Source of the DNA: a virus
Virus record (IMG/VR): IMGVR_UViG_3300043137_000366
Length of the DNA stretch: 58,860 bases
Reading direction: 5' to 3' (one strand)
Part shown: piece after piece, positions 16,501 through 25,500 of the stretch
Layout of the letters: each line of letters begins with the position of its first letter
Numbering within the stretch: the first letter of the stretch is position 1
Translations under genes and position numbers: made by a program
Notes under the pieces: generated by a model
Database searches by the model: none
Seen by the model: only the letters and a program-made list of their open reading frames with translations
Told to the model about the DNA's origin: nothing

Positions 16501-19500
16501 CGCTCGCGTCAAACAAACCGAGACGGAAGCCCGCAAGGCTGCTGCCGTTCGCGCCTCGAAGCCATGGACCGTCACCGGAGCCGCCGGAACGTCGGTCAAG
16601 GTGCAGGCGAAGACCCGGGAGGAAGCGGAGCGCATGGCCGTTGGTATGCCTCAGTGGAAGCTCGGGGAGACGGTGAAGACTGCGATTGAGGGTGCAAACT
16701 CCCAATCTACTCCTAATTCCTCCCAAGTTAGTAGTTTAGAGCCCGTTGTTGTGAACGAAACGCCGGTTGCTGAACAACAAGCACCGTTGCCCGTCACGGA
16801 TGCACCACAAGCCACCGACCCCGCCACCCTCAAGCGCAAGATCACCAAAGCCATCGCTGAGCGCAAGAAGGGCACGACCATCCCGATCGACATTCATGAT
16901 GGTCTTCACGCCACGGCCACCGAAAAAGGCGTTCGCATCAACCCATCACGATTGGCCGATATTGCCGCCAAGGCTGGATTCAGCGAAGACCAAGCCGGAG
17001 AATGGGTCGCCAGCGTCATTGACGAGGAAATCCGCCACGTCGCCCACCTCCGCGCGGCCCGTGCTGTCTTTGAGCAAGCGGGAAGCCCTGGCGGAAACTT
17101 TGACGCTTGGCTCATAAGTCACTACGGCCAGATGTGGCAGGGAGAGTTTTCTGCCGAGCAAAAGTCAGGCATCGAGGCCCTCTATGGAACAGGCTTCGAA
17201 AATCTGAAGCCTCATGAGAAGGCCATGGAAGGCCTCCGCATGCTTTCCCAGCAGATCGCCACCGGAAGTCCAACCGAGTCCGCCCGCCTGTGGAAGAAGC
17301 TCAGCCAGTCGATCCGCGACCACATCACTGCCGCCCTCGCCTCCCTGAAGGCGATGACCACCAGCCTCTCCCCCGTCCTGAAGGCGGAAGTGGACGCGCT
17401 GGAAGCTTTCCTTTCCCAGTATGCCACCCAGCCTCCAGCTACTCCAAATCGCAGCGAAAAGCCCGCTCCCGTCAAAGCGCCTGTTCGAGATGGCGAGGCA
17501 GGAAAGCCCAGTCGAAAAACTGACGGCGATGGCGGGGCTGTCGTGGGAGGACGCGCAGACCTTCCATCGATTGGTGATCGAGTCAGGACCGCCTCCGGCG
17601 TCGAGGGTGTCTATGTCGCGATCTCGGACAACAAGGAGCAGGCGCTGATCAAGACCGACGCCGGGAACAAGTTGGTCCCGGTTGGGGAGGTGGAGGTTTT
17701 GAGGGCTCCGGTCGATGAGGCATCGGACGCTCCGAAGGCGGAGGCTACTGCCGCAATCGAGCGGGAAGTTCCCAAGGACGACAATGCCCCGCTGGAGCTT
17801 GGGATCTACACGATCGACGGCGTGCGTTTTGAGTGGAAGCAGAACAGCGCCGGATACCGGTCCATCAACGCCGTTGATCCTGGATTCTTCCCTGTCTCGA
17901 CCACCGGTTACCGGTCAGTCATGAGCGGCTTCAACAAAGACGCCCAGCTCACTGTCAGCGAATACCGGAAGATCGCCAAAGAAAGTGAGAAAAGTGTCAA
18001 AGAACAGTTCATTCGCGAAAAGAAAGCGATCCTTTCAGCGCTCAAATCTGGGAGGTTAGAATGGATTTCAGGACTCCGGCAAAAGTTTGATTTCAACAAA
18101 TTCAAAGATGCGGAAATCACTCGCTGGCCGGTGAAGCTGCGCGATGAAATGCTGTCTCTAACCAAGCAGTTTCTTGACGCTATTGACAACGGAACGATCA
18201 AGCCTGATGGGGAAAACAAAGCGTTTGCCGCCGAATTGAAAAAGGCTTTTACCGCGCTTATGGGGACGATGGCGCCGGCGGAGTCTGCGGAGTCTGCGTA
18301 TGAGAAGGCCATAAGACAATCCGAAGAGGATAGAAAAGCCCGCGAAGACTGGATGAATAGTATCGCTCGCGAAAACACCATCGAAGCAATTTCCCGGCGC
18401 GATGATGTCCCCGCAGATCGAGTTGATGATTTCAAATTGGAACTGCCAAAAGGATACAAGCGCAGGGGCAAGGAGTATGTTTGGGTAGGGGAAGACGCTA
18501 TCGATCGCGAACAGCAGCAAGCCTCACTTACCACTCTTCCAACCCGCACGCTGTCATTTGATGAGGCGCTGGAAGAACTCGCGCCTGGCACCGACCTCGC
18601 CGACGATCCGCTTCCCTACTACGACTCGATCGAGCACGACATTTGGAATGGCGTAGATCCGGAGTCGCAGAAAAAGACCCCGATCTTCAAGAACGACCAG
18701 CTTCAGGGAATTTCAAATCCGCAATGGATGACGCCTGAAGAGGCCGAAGCCAAGCTCGCCGAGTGGAAGGCCCAGGCCAAGGCTGACGGTGCCAACAAGG
18801 ACAATCAGAACTCCGGGAAATACGTGGTTTCCCTCTTTGACTCGTCGGGAGTGTGGTCACAGCCGTGGGTGGATGCCGGTTACACCGTCATCCGCTTCGA
18901 CCTAGATGAAGACAGTGACTCGTGGAAAGAGGATGTTCAGAATCTCACCCGCGAGTTCATGGAGGACAATGGGCTCGACATGGTGGACATCGTGCTCGCG
19001 CAGCCGCCATGCACCGACTTCTCACTCGCCGGCAACCGGTGGTTCCACGACCCAGCCAAGGCTGAGCAAAAAAAAGCCAGCCTCGAGAAAAACACGCGCC
19101 TTGTCGATCACACGCTTGATCTCATCGGCTACCTCCGCCCGCTGATCTGGGGGCTCGAAAACCCGATTGGCACGATCAAAAAGCACACCAAGGTGGCCGA
19201 GCCCCGGCTCGTCTTCGACCCGTTCATGTACGGGGCCGACTACACCAAGCGCACGCAGATATTCGGCACGTTCAACGAGCAACTCCCAGAAGCGATGGTT
19301 TACCCCGCCCAGGGTTCGCGCATCCACAAGCTCTCCGGCAGCACGAAAGCCGGGAAAACCGCCCGCTCACTCACTCCGGAGCAGTTTGCCTACGCCTTCT
19401 ACATGGCAAACCGCGACTACGGCCAGTGGTCGGCCAAGCGCGCAATCGCACAGGAAGACGCTCCCGATCCGGTCAAACAGCGTGATCTGTTCTCTCCGGG

Positions 19501-22500
19501 TAATCCTGAATCCACAAGTGCCAAAGAAATTTCGGAAGCCGAAGTGAGGACTGCAAGGGTTCAGTCGGCCATTGCTGAAATCGAAGCTGACATCCAGTCC
19601 GGAACTATCCCCGACACCGTTCGCAGCTTCTCCGAGCTTGCTGACTACGTGGACGCAAATGAATACGTCAACGACGCCAACCGCGAAGACCGTTTGATCG
19701 GACCGCTTGGAAAGCGCCTCGGATGGAAAGCGCAGGATTTCACCGAGTTCACAAACATCATCATTCGGGATGTGGATTCTTGGCTGGCGTCGAGGTCGCC
19801 CGCCCAACCTGAAACAAGCGCCCCCGCTATTTCAGAAACCACCCCGAAGAAGAAACAAAAGCCCCGCACGATCGATACGCCCGCCCGTCGCGAGGCCTAC
19901 CGGATTCTTGATGCGACCGATTCGAGGCTGGCTTCAATCGCCAAGATTGTCGGTCAGAGAATCGAAGCGCCACCCGCTGGCATGCTGAGGATCATCAAGA
20001 ACCGCAGCAAGTCCGGGAGGATCACCGAAAACCAGCGTGCGCTTCTGGAAAAGTGGAAGGGCTTCGATGCTTACATGCCAAAGAGCGCGTTCGGCGACGA
20101 CTTCAACGGCAAAGTCGCGAAGGAGATCCACGGCATGCTCTTCAGCCAGGATCGCACCAACACAAAGGTCGACGACTGGGCAAAGCAGCTCGGAGACGTG
20201 ACCAACGACGAGGCGATGATCCTCGTCATGAACGAGCTGAACCAGATCGCTCGTGGGCAGGCCGACAAGGCTCTGAATCCCAATCGCGAATGGTCGGAGG
20301 CTGAGATCGCCGCCGAACAAGGCAAACTCGCCACCCCGACGCAGACCGCCGCATTCAAGGACGCCAACGAATACGATTTTGGCCGCAACGAGGTTGAAGT
20401 AGCTGACCTGAAGGTCGGCGACGTCGTCACAATCGACCGCGAGCCAATGACCGTAGAAGCGGTTGAGGACGACGGCACCGTCATCCTGCAAGATGGATCA
20501 CGGTTTGGACGTCAGGTCTTGGAGTCAGGAGAGACGCTTTACGTTGAGGCTTCCGAGGCAATTATTGAGCCGGAGCAAATTGAGGCTGAAGCCGAATGGC
20601 TAGTTGATGCGTCTGAGGAAATGGGGTATGAGTCCATTGATGAGCATGCCGCCACAGACCCAGCCGGATTCGAGCAAATTGCCAGTGAAGCGGAAGCTCT
20701 CGGACAAGGAGATTCATCGACTGGCGTTGCTGGCAGCAGCCAGAAGGATTCAGGCGAAGCGACGGGCGGCGAAGTAGCCGCCGAGCCCGTTTACTTCTAC
20801 GTCAAAGGCGACCGCGCCGAATACACAGGTGAAGTCCGGCAAGTGGCTGGAGTGCCGTTCCATATCGGCATTCTGAGGGAAGGTGCTCGAATCGGCCAAG
20901 AGGTCGGAACCTACACGCCTCCCGGCGGAACCAATCCGCTCCAAGATCAGTCGGCCAAGGACTACCGCGACCAGCAGGAGCAATTCAAGAGGCTGAAAAC
21001 CCCCGCCTCCAAAATGGACATCCGCAACGCGGACTCCAAGGAGTTGTTCGCCGACGATGGCGGGTTCAAGCTCGGGCAGGATACCACCGTTGACGGCGAC
21101 AAGGTCGCTGCCGACCGGAAGGCCAAGGAGGACGCGAAAGCCGCCCAGGATGCAGCGCAGGGGGATATGTTTGGGGCTCCCGCCCTCACCGAAGCCGAGC
21201 AAGCCCTGAAGGATGCTTTCGGCGACATGGTGGATGGGCTGAATGCAGCGGACCTTTCCGACAGCGCGCCCACCTACTCCCAAGGCATCCCGCCCGAGAA
21301 AATCGGCCAATTCATCGCCGCCGCGCAGAAGCTGATCGCCGAAGGGGTGAAGACCCCCAACGGGCTCGCCGCCGCCCTCGACAAGATTTCCCCCAAGCTC
21401 CGCGCCTACTCAGACGCCGTGTGGAGCGCGTTTCGGATGGTCGACCCATCGTTGCAGGCTTCGCCGGATTGGGCTGGAGTTTATTCAAAAATCAACGAAC
21501 CTACCTCAAATGACGGAAATCCCGGCACCCCTCTGGAATCAGATCGCGGAAACACAGTCGCTGGAAACCCCGGCGGCGAAAGTGGCGTTTCGACTGGATC
21601 AGCAGCAGATCGCGGAGATGGAGGACGAGTGGGCGAGGCTGGAAGCGGCAGCCGGGACGGACGAAGCAATCGTGTCCAGCCTGATAACGTGCTTGCCGAT
21701 GCTGGCGGAGCGCAGCGCGATTCAGGAGTTCGTGAATCAGCATCCGAATCTGGCCAGCGCCTTGCCGGAAATGAATCGACCCGAGGAAGCGGCCGACCTG
21801 ATGCAAATGGAGTGGAGGCTTTCCAGCGCGGAGAGAACGACACTCACGACGGCCTTGTCATCGCCAATTCACCTGAACCGGTGGCATCAAGCGGCGTTGA
21901 AGGCATCCGCGATGCAGCCGACATAAGGAAATCCGCTCCCGCTCTTACGATTGACCAGGCGGGCGATGTCGCATTCATAGAGAAGCGCCTTCTGGAGTCC
22001 GGAAAAACTGGTGTCTTGCTCACCAACGGAACCGGCACCGGAAAAACGTTCTCCGGACTTGGTGCCATCAAGCGGGCGCTTGATCGTGGCGAAAAGCACA
22101 TCATCATCGTCGCGCCATCCGACAAGATCGGAAGCGATTGGGCCGCCGCCGCAAAGAAGCATTTCGGCATCCAGGACATCGCTCAGCTCAACGACACCAA
22201 AGACCGCGGCGATGGGAATCGGGTCGTCGTCACTACCTACGCCAATTTCGGACAGAACAACGAACTGGTCTCACGCCCGTGGGGGATGGTCGTTACCGAC
22301 GAGGCCCACTACCTCTCCTCCTCCAAAGATGGATCGCCGACGCTGGCGCTCGCAACGCTCCGGGGACTGACTTGGCATCCAACCGAGGGTGTGAGGAGCC
22401 GTCTTGCAATGGAAATGGCGGATGAGTTCGCCGAGATTGCCGCCATCCGCGCAAGCATTGATTCCAACAGTCGCATCATCAATGGTTCTGATACCATGGA

Positions 22501-25500
22501 CCAAGTGCGGCAGGCACTTCAGGAGGAAAATAGGACGCTTGATCGTCGCTACGGAGTCCTTGATTTGAAGATCAATACCCGCCGGGAGGAGCTTTCCAAG
22601 ATCGCCGCCGGGATGAAGGAATCCGACCGCCCGAAGGCGCTGTTCCTTTCCGCAACGCCCTTCGCCTATCACTTCAGTCTCGACTACGCTGAGAGCTACC
22701 TTTTCGACCACCCGAAGGAGAATGAAAAGACCGTCGGCGGCTACAATCATGCGTCCTCGCGCTCGAAGTTCTTCATGGAGAATTTCGGCTACCGGATGCG
22801 CTACGGGAAGTTGACCCAGCCCGAGAATGCAACTGCCGCCGGCATGCTGGAGCGAATGTTCTCCGAGCGCCTGAAAAAAGAGGGCGCGATGCGTGGTAGG
22901 GCGCTCGACGTGCCATTCGATTACAGTCGCGAGTTCGTGCTGACCGAAAGCGCCATCGGAGCCAAGGTGGATGAGGTTTTCAACCTGATCAGCAACGAGG
23001 ACAAGTTCCGCGTGCTTCGCGACACAGATGCAATGGAGATCGGTGATTACCTCGCCCGCCGCTACCTGCTGGAAGGCATCAAGGCCCGTGAGGCAGTGAG
23101 TCGGATCAAGAAGCATCAGGCGCTTGGCCGCAAGGTCGTCATCTTCCACGATTACAAGAAGGGCGGAGCGATCAACCCGCTTCGATTGAAGTCATTCAGT
23201 CCAGAAGCGAAACTGGCCTACGACGAGTTGCGTGACATGGTCCCCGGCTTTGACAGCTTGGTAAAACTGCTCGATGGGCTCAGGTCTCCAATCGATGTCA
23301 TCGCTTCTGCATTTCCTGATGCCGGAATCTTCAACGGAGACGTGTCGGCCAAGAACCGCAGGAAAATTGTCGAGGACTTCAACACGTCCGGCGGAAAGAT
23401 GGACATCGTTCTTGTCCAGCGGGCCAGCGGCAAGGAAGGGATTTCCCTTCACGACATCGACGGTAAACACCAGCGCGTGTTCATGGATCTTGGTATCCCT
23501 GGTCGACCGACCGATGCCATCCAGAGCGAAGGCCGAATTTTCCGCCATGGGGTCAAGAGTAATGCCGTTCTCGAATATCTCACCACCGGAACCGACTTTG
23601 AGCGATGGACCTTTGCCCAGACGATCGCCAACCGCGCCAGCACCGCCGAAAACCTCGCGATGGGCGAAAAAGCCCGCGCCCTACTTCAGGCGTTCTCGAC
23701 TGGCTACAACGATGCACAGCCATCCACCCCTAGCGCCGAGCAGGGAAGCGGCGGAAAGCGTGCCGACCGCGCTCGTGACAATGGCAACCCCTTCGACAAC
23801 GCTGTCGCGCTCTACTACACCAACGAGAAAAAAACCAATCGGACCAAGGCGGCGGAGGGGATCGACTATTTCGCAACACCGGAGCCGCTTGGATTCAAGA
23901 TGGTCGAGTGGGCAAACGTGCGGCCTGGAGAAAAAATCCTAGAGCCTAGCGGTGGCCACGGCGCGATCGCCCGTTTCTTCCCTGACTCAACGATCCGCCA
24001 CGCTGTCGAGCCATCGTTCGAGCTTGCCGGACGCCTCGCGCTCAACTCGCCGGACACAAAAATCCACCAGACCACGTTCGAGAACTACGACATCGTCAAC
24101 AAGTTCGACGCGATCGTGATGAATCCGCCGTTCGGCACCGCAGGGAAAACGGCGATGGATCACCTCGAAAAGGCATTCAGGCACCTCAAGGACGGCGGGC
24201 GCATCGTTGCCTTAATCCCGAACGGGAGCTCAATGGGGAAACGCTTCGACAAGTGGTATGAGGAGACCGAGGGCGTGTTCATGGCCGGAGAGGTCATGCT
24301 GCCATCCGTGACGTTTGAGCGAGCCGGAACGTCGGTCTCCGCTCGCGTCGTCATCCTCGACAAAGTGAAGGCCGATGATGCTCGTCAGCCGGCATATCGC
24401 GACTTCACCGACGCCGGGAACATCAAGGATCTGTTCGCCAAACTTAAGGACTCCACAATCCCCGAGCGCCCGACTCCATCGGTTCAGAAATCTCCGTCCG
24501 AAATGATGGCAGAACTGATCAATGGCGGCCGCGGCGCGGTCTTGCCGGTCGCAACGGAAAACGCCGGGGATTTCTCTCCGATGGAGTTCACCCACACCCG
24601 GGACGGACATCAGGTGTTCGTTGCCAAGATCAATCGGAAACTTGATGACGTCGAATACTCCGCTGCGAAGGCGATGGCGAGACGCTACAACGGGAACTAC
24701 AGTTCATTCCGTGGTGCTGGCGCGATTCCCGGCTTCCATTTTAAGAGCGCGGATGACCGCGATGGTTTCATTGGGACGATGAGCGAGCGCGGCCAATCCC
24801 TCCAAGCCGCCGACCTCTCCGACAACGAAACCCTCCCCAACATCGCCGACCTCCGTGAAAAAGGCCGCGCGACGATGGCAGGCCCGGAAGTCGAGGCCGA
24901 AATCCGCGCCCAACAAGCCGCGTTCAAGCAGCAGGGCAAGGTCGCTGGTCGTCCGGACCTCGCGAACATTTCCGAGGACGAGGACGTTCGCGCTGAAATG
25001 GACGTCACCGATGAAATGCGGAAATGGGTCGCCGAGCGTCAGGAAAAGCAGCAGTGGGAGAACGAGGGCCGCCGACTCGTCGAAACCGACGCCGATGCGG
25101 TCGAGGAGAAGATTCTGGAGGCCGCCTACACCCGTGGCGGACAGAAGTTCACCGCCGCCGATGTGGTGGCTGGTCGCATCCTCGCCGAGAAGCGCACGAA
25201 GGAGGCCGGGAATGACAAGCAGAAGCATGCGGACGCCGCTGTGCTTCGCCATGGCTACCGCGAGGTTCGCTCCGAGCAGGCCCGCGTGCTTGCCGCTGGC
25301 ACCGACCCATTCAAGACCCCGGAAGAGCGCCATCGTGATTTCATCGCCGGTGCGCTCTACGAACTTCCGCAATCTCTCCTCAACGACATCGAGGGTCGCA
25401 GCCAGTCGCCCGCCCAGGCCCGTGCCGCCATCCGCAAAGCGGTCATTGAACGCCTGACCAAGATCGAGAAGGCGCTGAAGAAGATGGGCGTGACGCTGGA

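Noticed and set aside
16990-17040. EEIRH in the giant ORF as a zincin HExxH site
   Set aside because: The first histidine is missing (DEEIRH), so the motif is not satisfied.
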